This document shows positions 8,420 through 16,667 of a stretch of 54,644 bases of DNA, piece by piece. Made by a program: the position numbers and the translations under genes. A model generated the notes under the pieces. The model saw nothing but the letters and a program-made list of their open reading frames with translations, did no database searches and had not been told where the DNA came from. The DNA comes from a virus (lineage: Duplodnaviria > Caudoviricetes), in the IMG/VR virus record IMGVR_UViG_3300032268_001435, positions 1-54,644 of that record, one strand, 5' to 3'. How positions within the stretch are numbered: position 1 is the stretch's first letter; the number at the start of each line of letters is the position of its first letter.

Positions 8420-9502
8420 ATGGACATCAAGACCTTCGAGAACATCGCCCCTAAGCTTCCCCCCGAGATCGCCGTCCTCATGCGCGGCCCCACCGGCGTC
8501 GGCAAGAGCCAGCTCGCGCGCTCGGTCGCCGAGAAGCTCCACCTCCCCTTCATCGACGTCCGCGGCAGCACGATGTCCGAGGGCGATGTGGGCGGCTACC
8601 CCGACGTCGAGGGCATGAAGAAGAACGGCATCATGACCTTCTGCATGCCGAGCTGGTTCATCCGCGCCTGCCGCGAGGCCTGCGTCGTCATGCTCGACGA
8701 GCTCAACCGCTCGCTCCCCGGCGTCCAGCAGAGCTTCTTCCAGCTGGTCCTCGACCGTGAGCTGGGCAACGACGAGGACGGCGTCCCCTACAAGCTCCAC
8801 CCCGGCAGCCGCGTCTTCGCTGCGGTGAACCATGGCTCGGAGTACGACGTCAACGACATGGACCCTGCGCTCCTCCGCCGCTTCTGGGTGGTCGACCTCG
8901 CGCCCACGCACGAGGACTTCATCACCTGGGCGAAGGAGACGGGACTGGACGCGCTCCTCATCGACTTCATCCGCCAGAACCCGGCCCACCTGCGCGTCGA
9001 CCCGGGCTCGGTGGAAGCGGGCACGGTCTGCCCGAACCCGGCCTCGTGGCACCGCCTCGACACGACGCTGGCCCACATGGAGCTCGCACCCACGAAGATC
9101 GCGGGCAACAAGCACCCCCTCGTCTACTCGATCGCGCAGGGGTTCGTGGGCACGGAGGCAGCCATCGCATTCTCGGAGTTCATCTCCAAGTACGAGATGG
9201 TGCTGAGCGCTGAGGACGTCCTGGACCGCTTCGATGCAGTGCAGGACCGTGTGAAGGCGAGCACGGCCTCGGGCCTCGCGTCGGTGATCGAGAAGGTGGC
9301 CGACCACTGCAAGTCCAACACGTGGACCGTTGACCAGGTGTCCGGCCTCGCGAGCTTCACGAGCGTCATCACCGGTGAGCTGCTGGTCCAGCTGTGGAAC
9401 GCGGTCTCGGCGACTGGAAACCTTCCCAACATCCAGAAGCTCCACAAGAAGATCGGGAAGCGGGTGGTCGAGGCTGTCAAGGCCGGCCGCGAGGTGGCGT
9501 GA
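8420..9502 (+). CDS. MoxR-like AAA+ ATPase
   Basis: Walker A GPTGVGKS, Walker B MLDELNR, DPALLRRF. Confidence 0.92.
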   Translation: MDIKTFENIAPKLPPEIAVLMRGPTGVGKSQLARSVAEKLHLPFIDVRGSTMSEGDVGGYPDVEGMKKNGIMTFCMPSWFIRACREACVVMLDELNRSLPGVQQSFFQLVLDRELGNDEDGVPYKLHPGSRVFAAVNHGSEYDVNDMDPALLRRFWVVDLAPTHEDFITWAKETGLDALLIDFIRQNPAHLRVDPGSVEAGTVCPNPASWHRLDTTLAHMELAPTKIAGNKHPLVYSIAQGFVGTEAAIAFSEFISKYEMVLSAEDVLDRFDAVQDRVKASTASGLASVIEKVADHCKSNTWTVDQVSGLASFTSVITGELLVQLWNAVSATGNLPNIQKLHKKIGKRVVEAVKAGREVA

Positions 9503-9509
9503 CCCTGAC

Positions 9510-9529
9510 GGGGAGGCTTCGGCCTCCCC
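9510..9529 (+). terminator. GC hairpin with UUCG loop (processing/stability element; no U-tract)
   Basis: GGGGAGGC-TTCG-GCCTCCCC between the ATPase and tRNA-Ser. Confidence 0.5.
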
Positions 9530-9535
9530 ACTCCC

Positions 9536-9625
9536 GGAGGAGTGGCCGAGTGGTCTAAGGCACCCGCTTGCTAAGCGGACACACGGTGAAAAGCTGTGTC
9601 AAGGGTTCGAATCCCTTCTCCTCCG
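9536..9625 (+). tRNA. tRNA-Ser(GCT)
   Basis: GGAGGAG/CTCCTCC acceptor, long variable arm, TTCGAAT T-loop. Confidence 0.93.
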
Positions 9626-9675
9626 TCTCCCTCGTCCTGTTGGTTGATCTGGTTGGTTGGTCCTTGATACGAAGT

Positions 9676-9735
9676 CCGTGGAACTTACCTCGTGTAAATC
9701 TACCCAGTGTGGTCTATACTAGGTAAGTTCCACGG
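9676..9735. repeat. perfect 15-bp inverted repeat enclosing a 30-bp promoter core
   Basis: CCGTGGAACTTACCT (9676-9690) / AGGTAAGTTCCACGG (9721-9735). Confidence 0.9.
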
Positions 9736-9740
9736 CAAAT

Positions 9741-9813
9741 GCCCTCGTAGCATAACGGATAATGTCGCTGCCTTCTAAGCAGTCGTATGGGGGTTCGATT
9801 CCCTCCGAGGGTG
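9741..9813 (+). tRNA. tRNA-Arg(TCT)
   Basis: Cloverleaf; anticodon loop CTTCTAA. Confidence 0.92.
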
Positions 9814-9864
9814 CTAACTCTTGCTCTTTGAGCTACATACTTATATTCATGGTGGTTTATCTAC

Positions 9865-10200
9865 ATGAAAAAAGTATGCAAATCTGAAGGTTGTGAAAAC
9901 GTTGTTCCTGGCTCTAGAGGACTCTGGTGCGGTATCTGCAGGAACACACGGCAAAGATACAAGATGACAGGTCCAGAAAGAGCTGCGTTACTTGAAAGTC
10001 AATCTGGTAAGTGCAAGCTCTGCAAACAACAGATTGAGTTCGATGGCACATCACGTCAATATTCAGGGTGTGTCGATCACGATCACAAAACAGGTAGAAT
10101 CAGGGGCATCCTGTGTGGGAACTGCAACACATGGATAGGTTTCCTTGAGAATAGGAAACTCAATTTGCAGGAAGTCCTAGACTATCTCCGAGGGTGCTAA
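9865..10200 (+). CDS. endonuclease VII-family (His-Me finger) putative homing endonuclease
   Basis: QSGKCKLC..VDHDHKTGRIRGILCGNCN; AT-richer than its flanks. Confidence 0.9.
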   Translation: MKKVCKSEGCENVVPGSRGLWCGICRNTRQRYKMTGPERAALLESQSGKCKLCKQQIEFDGTSRQYSGCVDHDHKTGRIRGILCGNCNTWIGFLENRKLNLQEVLDYLRGC

Positions 10201-10270
10201 AAAAAAGAATTCTTGGTCGTGTAAATCAGATGCGGAAGTGTTAGATTAGAAGGGTAGAGGACAGGAAAAC

Positions 10271-10343
10271 GGGACGTTAGCTCAGTCGGTAGAGCAGCAG
10301 GCTTTTAACCTGACGGTCGTGGGATCGTTCCCCACACGTCCCA
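10271..10343 (+). tRNA. tRNA-Lys(TTT)
   Basis: Cloverleaf; loop CTTTTAA; atypical T-loop ATCGTTC. Confidence 0.88.
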
Positions 10344-10358
10344 TTCAGGAGGTTCAGC

Positions 10359-10439
10359 GTGTCAGTGATGATGACAATCTCAGCCCTGATGGTTTTCTCG
10401 GTTGTCGTTGACTTTGTTAGGAGATCGATGGACGTCTGA
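10359..10439 (+). CDS. 26-aa hydrophobic peptide
   Basis: AGGAGG SD before GTG; lies between tRNAs. Confidence 0.4.
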   Translation: MSVMMTISALMVFSVVVDFVRRSMDV

Positions 10440-10458
10440 TAGATACTTAGTGGAGTTC

Positions 10459-10531
10459 GGGCGTGTAGCTCAGCTGGGAGAGCATCGGCTTTGCAAGCCG
10501 AGGGTCATCGGTTCGATCCCGATCATGTCCA
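10459..10531 (+). tRNA. tRNA-Ala(TGC)
   Basis: Cloverleaf with G3:U70. Confidence 0.95.
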
Positions 10532-10535
10532 ATAT

Positions 10536-10608
10536 TCCGGGATAGCTCAGTTGGTAGAGCGTTCGGCTGTTAACCGAATGGTCCCTGGTTCGAGTCCAGG
10601 TCCCGGAG
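10536..10608 (+). tRNA. tRNA-Asn(GTT)
   Basis: Canonical cloverleaf followed by a T-run. Confidence 0.95.
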
Positions 10609-10645
10609 CTTTTTTACTTTGGTCTCAATCTCACGCAGAGGAAGC

Positions 10646-10942
10646 ATGACTGATACCCGATACATGTTCGACACTGTGACTGCGCGGAAGCTGGATAGAT
10701 GGGCCCACGCGCCCATCCAGCCCCTTTCAGACGATGAGCTGAACGTCGTGATGTCGAAGCCCCGACGAATCATCTCCCGGGATGCGAATGTCACCCCCTT
10801 CACCGAGCTCTTCCCCCAAAACGGCACACTGGAGTGGGTGGTGGAGCGGCTCGGAGGTGCGGAGCCCGAGTACTACTACGTGAACAACGAGGGATACAAC
10901 TACTCCCGCTACTGCTTCAGGTTCCTGCCTCGCTCCGTGTGA
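10646..10942 (+). CDS. hypothetical protein
   Basis: GAGGA SD; YYVNNEGYNYSRY C-terminus. Confidence 0.7.
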   Translation: MTDTRYMFDTVTARKLDRWAHAPIQPLSDDELNVVMSKPRRIISRDANVTPFTELFPQNGTLEWVVERLGGAEPEYYYVNNEGYNYSRYCFRFLPRSV

Positions 10943-10949
10943 GGCAGAC

Positions 10950-11020
10950 TCGGGGATCGTCTAACGGCAGGACGGAGGTTTTTGGTGCCTCCTATGGGGG
11001 TTCGAATCCCTCTCCCTGAA
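10950..11020 (+). tRNA. tRNA-Gln(TTG)
   Basis: U1-A72 acceptor; loop TTTTGGT. Confidence 0.9.
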
Positions 11021-11023
11021 TCC

Positions 11024-11106
11024 GGGTGGGCCGCAGAGATGGTGAGCTGCAGCTGATTGTAAATCAGCCGTCCATGACTGAGGGGGTTCAAATCCCTCCC
11101 CACCCA
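11024..11106 (+). tRNA. tRNA-Tyr(GTA)
   Basis: Loop TTGTAAA, variable arm, TTCAAAT T-loop. Confidence 0.88.
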
Positions 11107-11112
11107 TTCACT

Positions 11113-11184
11113 GACCCCATCATCTAGAGGTTAGGATCGCGGATTTTCACTCCGTCAACGGGAGTTCGAGTCTCCCTGGGGTCA
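11113..11184 (+). tRNA. tRNA-Glu(TTC)
   Basis: GACCCCA/TGGGGTC acceptor; loop TTTTCAC. Confidence 0.92.
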
Positions 11185-11222
11185 CTCAGTTTCCAATAAC
11201 ACGCTCACTGGAGAAGAAGACA

Positions 11223-11567
11223 ATGAATCTCGTCGATTATAGCAGCAACCAGATCGTGGATCGTGAAGGTGGTTCCAAGCAGTGGGACAGCGGCAGCTAC
11301 GAGCGTATCCGCTTCAGGAACGGATACGGTGTCTCGATCATCACCGGCGGCTCGGCATACGGGCGTGCCGGCACGCTGGAGATTGCCGTCATCCGATTTC
11401 GGGGCGAGAGCAACGACGACTTCGAGCTGTGCCACGACACCCCCATCACGTCAGACGTCATCGGCCACCTGAGCCACGATCAGGCCCGTGGAATCCTGGA
11501 GCAGATCGCTGCACTGCCCCCGGACGCGAAGGCACTTCCTGGAGCGATGTTAGATTACGAGTCGTGA
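11223..11567 (+). CDS. hypothetical phage protein
   Basis: GGAG SD; FRNGYGVSII..LEIAVI..TPITSDVIG. Confidence 0.8.
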   Translation: MNLVDYSSNQIVDREGGSKQWDSGSYERIRFRNGYGVSIITGGSAYGRAGTLEIAVIRFRGESNDDFELCHDTPITSDVIGHLSHDQARGILEQIAALPPDAKALPGAMLDYES

Positions 11568-11627
11568 TGCATAGACGGTAAAGCAAAATTAGTATACAAC
11601 TTGCTCTACTAACTTTATATTACATGC

Positions 11628-12110
11628 ATGGAAAACAAATTTGAATGCATGTATTGTGGTCAAAATGAGTGGGTTTCTAAAAAAGGAATGAGATATCATC
11701 AGGCTTTTTGTGACAAGAATCCAAACAAGAGAAAACCTGCACCGAAATCAGAAGCTTTTTATAAAGCAATGAAAGAAAGGAGGGGCATCTCTACAAATCA
11801 ATGGACAGACTTTGATTGGAGTTGTGTTCCATTTGAAAGCCTGGGTGGTCTAAAGCGCAGAGAACTACTTTTTAAAGAGTCTAAATATAGTTGCAGTCGT
11901 TGCGGTTTTAATGAAACAAGAGACTGTGGTGGTGTTATACTAGAAGTTGATCATATTGATGGAGACCACAAGAACAACACACGTGAAAATCTTCGTGTTC
12001 TCTGTCCAAACTGTCACGCATTGACCCCAAACTTTAGAAACTGGGGTCGATCAAGAGAGAAGACTTCAGGAAGAATTAGAAAAGGAAATAAAAACTTTCC
12101 TAGTAAATAG
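11628..12110 (+). CDS. HNH endonuclease
   Basis: CSRCG..LEVDHIDGDHKNN..NLRVLCPNCH; AT-rich. Confidence 0.92.
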   Translation: MENKFECMYCGQNEWVSKKGMRYHQAFCDKNPNKRKPAPKSEAFYKAMKERRGISTNQWTDFDWSCVPFESLGGLKRRELLFKESKYSCSRCGFNETRDCGGVILEVDHIDGDHKNNTRENLRVLCPNCHALTPNFRNWGRSREKTSGRIRKGNKNFPSK

Positions 12111-12125
12111 TTAGAATTGTCTTAA

Positions 12126-12197
12126 GCCCTTGAAGCATACTGGTCATGCACCTCACTTGTAATGAGGAGAAAGCTGGTTCGATTCCAGTCGGGGGCT
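12126..12197 (+). tRNA. tRNA-Thr(TGT)
   Basis: Cloverleaf; loop CTTGTAA. Confidence 0.9.
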
Positions 12198-12218
12198 TCA
12201 CAGATTAGAGGTTTGTCC

Positions 12219-12488
12219 ATGGACGTAATGAAGTGTCTCAGGTGTGGTTCATCTCCCGCTACGGTCACCTACCCATCGATGATCGGGGCTGCTGCCCGCT
12301 GCGAGTGCAGCAATCCAGAGTGCAGGCTGTACAGCCCAGATCGGTACGGACAGGCAGTGGAAAATGTCGAGGAGACACGTGTAATTGACGTCCCCAAGGA
12401 CTATACTGTGAATGTGGACGAGGAAGTGAACACGGCACCTCGGCCGGTGTTCCTCTGGTGCACACACCACCACGACTTCGGAGACTGA
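12219..12488 (+). CDS. Cys-rich hypothetical protein
   Basis: GAGG SD; CLRC..CSNPEC. Confidence 0.65.
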   Translation: MDVMKCLRCGSSPATVTYPSMIGAAARCECSNPECRLYSPDRYGQAVENVEETRVIDVPKDYTVNVDEEVNTAPRPVFLWCTHHHDFGD

Positions 12489-12490
12489 CC

Positions 12491-13069
12491 ATGGCAAGAC
12501 TCCCCAAGGGCATCATGGACGCGGCAGACTTCCTCGGAATCACACCTCGTCGACGCCCGAACGGGAGGAAGATGACCAAGGCAGCCATCCAGCGTGGGTG
12601 GGATGCGGTCGTCGCATGGCTCGACGACAGGACGTACGAGGTGGACTGCTACCCAGGCGCTCAGGACCAGGTGGACTTCAACGACTACTGCGTCCACATC
12701 AACAGCAGCAAGGGCGCTGAGAGCCGCCTCTACACGCTCCTCCACGAGGCGGGGCACGTCATGGTGAGGGATGACTGGGCTAGCTTCTCTCAGTTCTACC
12801 CGAACTACCTCAAGTCACAGTGGGGACTCGATGGGCGAACGACCAAGAGCAAGAGCCACCGCGTCGCTGCGATCGCTGAGGAGTACGAGGCGTGGCGGCG
12901 GGGTCTCGTCCTCGCGTGGCAGCTTGGGATTCCCGTGAACTCCAACAAGTACGATCGAGAGTCCTCGGAAGCTATGCTCACCTACATCCACTGGACCGCT
13001 GTTGTCTCCCAGAAGCACCGCAATGCGGGCCAGAAGGCAGCACAGTCCCGTCGAGCGCGGAAGGTCTAA
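12491..13069 (+). CDS. HExxH zinc metallopeptidase-like protein (ImmA/IrrE-like)
   Basis: LYTLLHEAGH and downstream EEYEAW. Confidence 0.75.
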   Translation: MARLPKGIMDAADFLGITPRRRPNGRKMTKAAIQRGWDAVVAWLDDRTYEVDCYPGAQDQVDFNDYCVHINSSKGAESRLYTLLHEAGHVMVRDDWASFSQFYPNYLKSQWGLDGRTTKSKSHRVAAIAEEYEAWRRGLVLAWQLGIPVNSNKYDRESSEAMLTYIHWTAVVSQKHRNAGQKAAQSRRARKV

Positions 13070-13124
13070 AAAAAAGTTTGTCTGTCCGTGCAATGTGGCC
13101 CCACATAGGGTAAAGTGAACACAT

Positions 13125-14531
13125 ATGGCAAAGAACACTTCCACATCGAACGATCTCCCCCAGGCCTCCAAGGAGGTCACCAAGGCGCAGGCTGACGCCT
13201 TCGACATCGATCCCCACCTCATCAACCTCATGTGGGATGAGCCCTTCTTCTCGAAGGTGCTCCGCCCCGTCACGAAGATTCGCTCGGAGGAAATCTCCAC
13301 GGCGGGCGTGCTCGCCAAGGACGGCGACATCAACATGTGGTGGAACCCCTACTTCCTCGCCGGCCTCACGTCCAAGCAGGTGAAGGGCCTCCTCAAGCAC
13401 GAGTGCTTCCACCTCGTTCTCGAGCACACCACCACCCGGCGCATGGAGCCCCACACGCTCCACAACTACGCGACGGACCTCGCCATCAACTCGATGATTC
13501 CGGAGGAGGAGCTCCCCGAGGGTGGTCTCATTCCGGGCAAGGCGTTCAAGCCGCTGGAGCCCGAGATCGCGGCGAAGATTGGTGAGGCTGCTGTCGCCCG
13601 CCACGAGCGAATCAGCCAGAAGATCGCGTCGCTGCCGAAGGGCCTCTCCTCCGAGCAGTACTTCGCGCTCCTCCAGGACGTGGCTGAGGACATCGAGAAG
13701 GCTGCCAAGGGCAAGAGCCTCGCACAGGCGCTGAAGGACGGCGACGTCCGCGTCGACGAAAACGGCAACCTGGTGGACGCAGACGGCAACCCTGTGCGCA
13801 TCGTCCCCGGTGGGATGGACGACCACGAGGGCTGGGATGAGATGGACGACGAGGAGCGGGAGCTCATCAAGGGCAAGGTGAAGCAGGCGCTGGAGCGTGC
13901 GGTCAAGGACTGTGACTCCTCGGGCCAGTGGGGCTCGATCCCCGCGGAGACCCGTCAGAAGCTTCGAGACCTCCTCAGCCGAGAGATCGACTGGAAGTCG
14001 GTCCTCAAGCAGTTCTGCGGTATGACCCGCCGCGCGGACCGCACCACCAACGTGAAGCGGCTCAATCGGAAGTATCCGGCGATCCAGCCTGGCACCCACC
14101 GGAACTACACGTCGTCGATCGCGGTCTACATCGACCAGTCGGGCTCCGTGGACGATGAGTCGCTGGAGCTCCTCTTCGGAAACCTGATGACGCTCGCGAA
14201 GCACACGGAGTTCACGATCTTCAACTTCGACACCGAGGTGGACGAGAAGTCGGAGCGCGTCTGGAAGGGGAACAAGAACCCGGGTCTCGCCCGGACGCGG
14301 TGCGGCGGGACGGACTTCAAGGCGGCCTCGGACCACGCCAACAAGAACAAGCACCGGTTCGATGGGTACATGATTTGCTCCGATGGAGAGTGCACAGATC
14401 CTGGACCTTCTCTTCTCAAGCGCTGTTGGATTATCGTCCCCGATCGAAAGATGCTCTTCAATCCCAGCAAGCGTGATGCTGTTGTCAAGATGAAGCGTAA
14501 CAAGGTGGTCGGCGTCTCAAGTTCTACCTAA
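13125..14531 (+). CDS. metallopeptidase + VWA-like protein (DUF2201-like), probable MoxR partner
   Basis: HECFH, NYATDLAIN, MIDAS DQSGS, GGTDF, SDG. Confidence 0.9.
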   Translation: MAKNTSTSNDLPQASKEVTKAQADAFDIDPHLINLMWDEPFFSKVLRPVTKIRSEEISTAGVLAKDGDINMWWNPYFLAGLTSKQVKGLLKHECFHLVLEHTTTRRMEPHTLHNYATDLAINSMIPEEELPEGGLIPGKAFKPLEPEIAAKIGEAAVARHERISQKIASLPKGLSSEQYFALLQDVAEDIEKAAKGKSLAQALKDGDVRVDENGNLVDADGNPVRIVPGGMDDHEGWDEMDDEERELIKGKVKQALERAVKDCDSSGQWGSIPAETRQKLRDLLSREIDWKSVLKQFCGMTRRADRTTNVKRLNRKYPAIQPGTHRNYTSSIAVYIDQSGSVDDESLELLFGNLMTLAKHTEFTIFNFDTEVDEKSERVWKGNKNPGLARTRCGGTDFKAASDHANKNKHRFDGYMICSDGECTDPGPSLLKRCWIIVPDRKMLFNPSKRDAVVKMKRNKVVGVSSST

Positions 14532-14590
14532 AATGCATAAGCACGTGCATTAGTTAGCCGTCCAATGATATTTATATCTGGAGGCTTCTG

Positions 14591-15211
14591 ATGAGACTGT
14601 GCGAATTCATAGGCTGCAATCAAGAACTTAAGACACATCAAAACAGATTCTGTTCAAAGACATGTGCTAATCTGCATCGATGGGGTGCAAAAGACAAAAA
14701 CGGCAAGCTCATTATCAAGACGTGTATTGCATGTGGTAAAGAATGGGAATCACGTAGAAATGAATCAAAGCGTCAGCGTCTCACTTGCAGTGATGCATGT
14801 GAATATGAAGCTCGAGGACGTGTACATCGTCTTCCGATGTCTGACGACACAAAAGAAAAGCTCTCACGTTCTCACGCAGGAAAAGTTTTAAGCGATGATC
14901 ATCGATATGCAATCGGACGTGGCGTGTCTGGTTCTAGCAACACACACTGGATAGATGGTCGATCCCGCAAGAAAAAGGGCGCAGAAGATTACAATTTTGA
15001 GTTTTCAGATTCCTTAAAGACGACCATAAAGAAAAGAGACAACTTCAGATGTCGTAAGTGTGATGAAGATGGTTCAAAGTTCAGACTTTTTATTCATCAC
15101 ATAGATTTCAATAAGAAGAACAATTCAATTGACAATCTTGTCACAGTCTGTTCTTCATGCCACAGTCGAATTCATGGAAGAACTCTTGACAACACTTTTA
15201 ACATGACATGA
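14591..15211 (+). CDS. HNH endonuclease with NUMOD3-like motifs
   Basis: SDDTKEKLS; RDNFRCRKC..IHHIDFNKKNN..NLVTVCSSCH. Confidence 0.9.
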   Translation: MRLCEFIGCNQELKTHQNRFCSKTCANLHRWGAKDKNGKLIIKTCIACGKEWESRRNESKRQRLTCSDACEYEARGRVHRLPMSDDTKEKLSRSHAGKVLSDDHRYAIGRGVSGSSNTHWIDGRSRKKKGAEDYNFEFSDSLKTTIKKRDNFRCRKCDEDGSKFRLFIHHIDFNKKNNSIDNLVTVCSSCHSRIHGRTLDNTFNMT

Positions 15212-15296
15212 ATGTCCCCTCGGGCAGCTTGATATACAACCGGGTTCCCCGGGTTACACAGAAGACAACGACTCAAGAGGAAGGTAGGATAAAGGG

Positions 15297-15521
15297 ATGA
15301 AGATGAAGGGTGGTCCACTGGGACGCGGTGAGGGTGCTCCGAAGCCCCGCAAGTGGGAGCAGGCTGAGGAGGCGACGAAGTGGTGCAACGTCTGCCGCGA
15401 CTACACGGAGCACGACCGGTTCGGGTGTGTTGAGTGCTACGACCCAGTGCGGGACAAGATCGAGGAGCTCGACGAGGAAGACCCGGATGTAGGGGACGAG
15501 CAGCCCGTCGCGTCCAAGTGA
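15297..15521 (+). CDS. small zinc-ribbon protein with acidic tail
   Basis: CNVC..CVEC. Confidence 0.7.
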   Translation: MKMKGGPLGRGEGAPKPRKWEQAEEATKWCNVCRDYTEHDRFGCVECYDPVRDKIEELDEEDPDVGDEQPVASK

Positions 15522-15544
15522 CACTTGCCCCCTGGGGGGCTCAC

Positions 15545-15591
15545 GGGGCTATGCCGGAACCGGTATACGGACGTGGTGAAAATGTAGACAC
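15545..15591 (+). pseudogene. two overlapping tRNA-Leu-like 5' fragments (acceptor strand + D-arm)
   Basis: GGGGCTATGCCGGAACCGGTATACGG and ACGGACGTGGTGAAAATGTAGACAC; no anticodon or T arm follows. Confidence 0.55.
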
Positions 15592-15620
15592 TCGTGCATA
15601 CTTATGATTTTGGAGGTAGT

Positions 15621-16238
15621 ATGCACGAGTGCAATGGATGTGCCAAGATCTTTGAAAGAGAGAGAAGCCTAAACACACATAAGCGTTTCTGCAAGATGTG
15701 GCAGTCTCTCGGGCTAAAGAAGAATAAAGATCATCTGAACGTTGAAGTCAGAAAGAAGATTTCTACTTCATGTCCCTTGTGTTCAAGAGAGTTTGAAAAC
15801 GTCTACGCAATGTCTGCACACAAGGGACACTGCTCGGGTGCAAATTCAACTCTTCATCTTGAAGAAGCACGTAGGTGGTCGAAAGGTCTAAAGTCCGAGA
15901 CTGACGAAAGAGTTAGACGGCAAGCGCTTAAACAAACGATCCCACTTCAGTATATTATCGATGGAAACCACCCAAAGGCACAATCTTACGGTCTCAAGAG
16001 AAAACTTTTGAAGCACGGTGTGTTCAACAACGCGTGCAGCATTTGCGGTCTTGAAGAGTGGATGGGATCACAGATTCAATGTGAACTTGATCATGTGAAC
16101 GGAAACAGACACGATCATAGATTAGAAAACTTGAGAATGTTGTGTCCTAACTGTCATTCTCAAACAAATACATTCCGAGGAAAGAACAAGGGTTCATATA
16201 ACAAATCACGCCTGGGTGATGGAACAGGTGAGACATAG
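15621..16238 (+). CDS. HNH endonuclease with N-terminal C2HC zinc fingers
   Basis: GGAGG SD; CSICG..ELDHVNGNRHDHRLENLRMLCPNCHSQT; stop lies inside tRNA-Leu. Confidence 0.92.
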   Translation: MHECNGCAKIFERERSLNTHKRFCKMWQSLGLKKNKDHLNVEVRKKISTSCPLCSREFENVYAMSAHKGHCSGANSTLHLEEARRWSKGLKSETDERVRRQALKQTIPLQYIIDGNHPKAQSYGLKRKLLKHGVFNNACSICGLEEWMGSQIQCELDHVNGNRHDHRLENLRMLCPNCHSQTNTFRGKNKGSYNKSRLGDGTGET

Positions 16239-16294
16239 CGGACTTAAAATCCGCCGGGGTAATGCCCATGCGGGTTCGACTCCCGCCCCAGGTA
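16210..16294 (+). tRNA. tRNA-Leu(TAA)
   Basis: GCCTGGG/CCCAGGT acceptor, loop CTTAAAA, variable arm. Confidence 0.92.
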
Positions 16295-16319
16295 CTAAAT
16301 AATCTAGGAGACATGTAGA

Positions 16320-16658
16320 ATGTTCGGTTCGCTCTTCAGGACAATCAAGGAGTCGGTGGTCTCGGTTGGCAATACTGAAGATCCCGATGCGCCCTTCAAG
16401 TGGGCACAGAGGTGCGGGATCAGGAGGGATCCCAAGGTCTTCGCCTGGGTTGACCTACACCCTCTCAGTGTGGGAGGCGGTGAACCGTACGATGGGATGA
16501 ACGGCCCTTACGGATTCACAACTCGTGACGCTGAGCTGATCGACTCCTTCATCAGAGCAGCACGGTCGCAGGGTGAGGACGTTGCGGGGTGGATCGTTGA
16601 GTCCAATGACGGTGACGAGTGGCAGCGATGTGACGGTGCCTGGGACAAGAACTGGTGA
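16320..16658 (+). CDS. hypothetical protein
   Basis: AGGAG SD. Confidence 0.7.
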   Translation: MFGSLFRTIKESVVSVGNTEDPDAPFKWAQRCGIRRDPKVFAWVDLHPLSVGGGEPYDGMNGPYGFTTRDAELIDSFIRAARSQGEDVAGWIVESNDGDEWQRCDGAWDKNW

Positions 16659-16667
16659 GGTGAAGCA

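Noticed and set aside
7676-9445. Long minus-strand ORFs (589 aa here; also 12978-14354, 21904-23271, 24485-25372)
   Set aside because: Antisense shadows of GC3-rich plus-strand genes that carry clear motifs and promoters.
11628-16238. HNH genes as group I intron-encoded ORFs within tRNAs
   Set aside because: Flanks are too short for a ribozyme core and complete tRNAs lie downstream.
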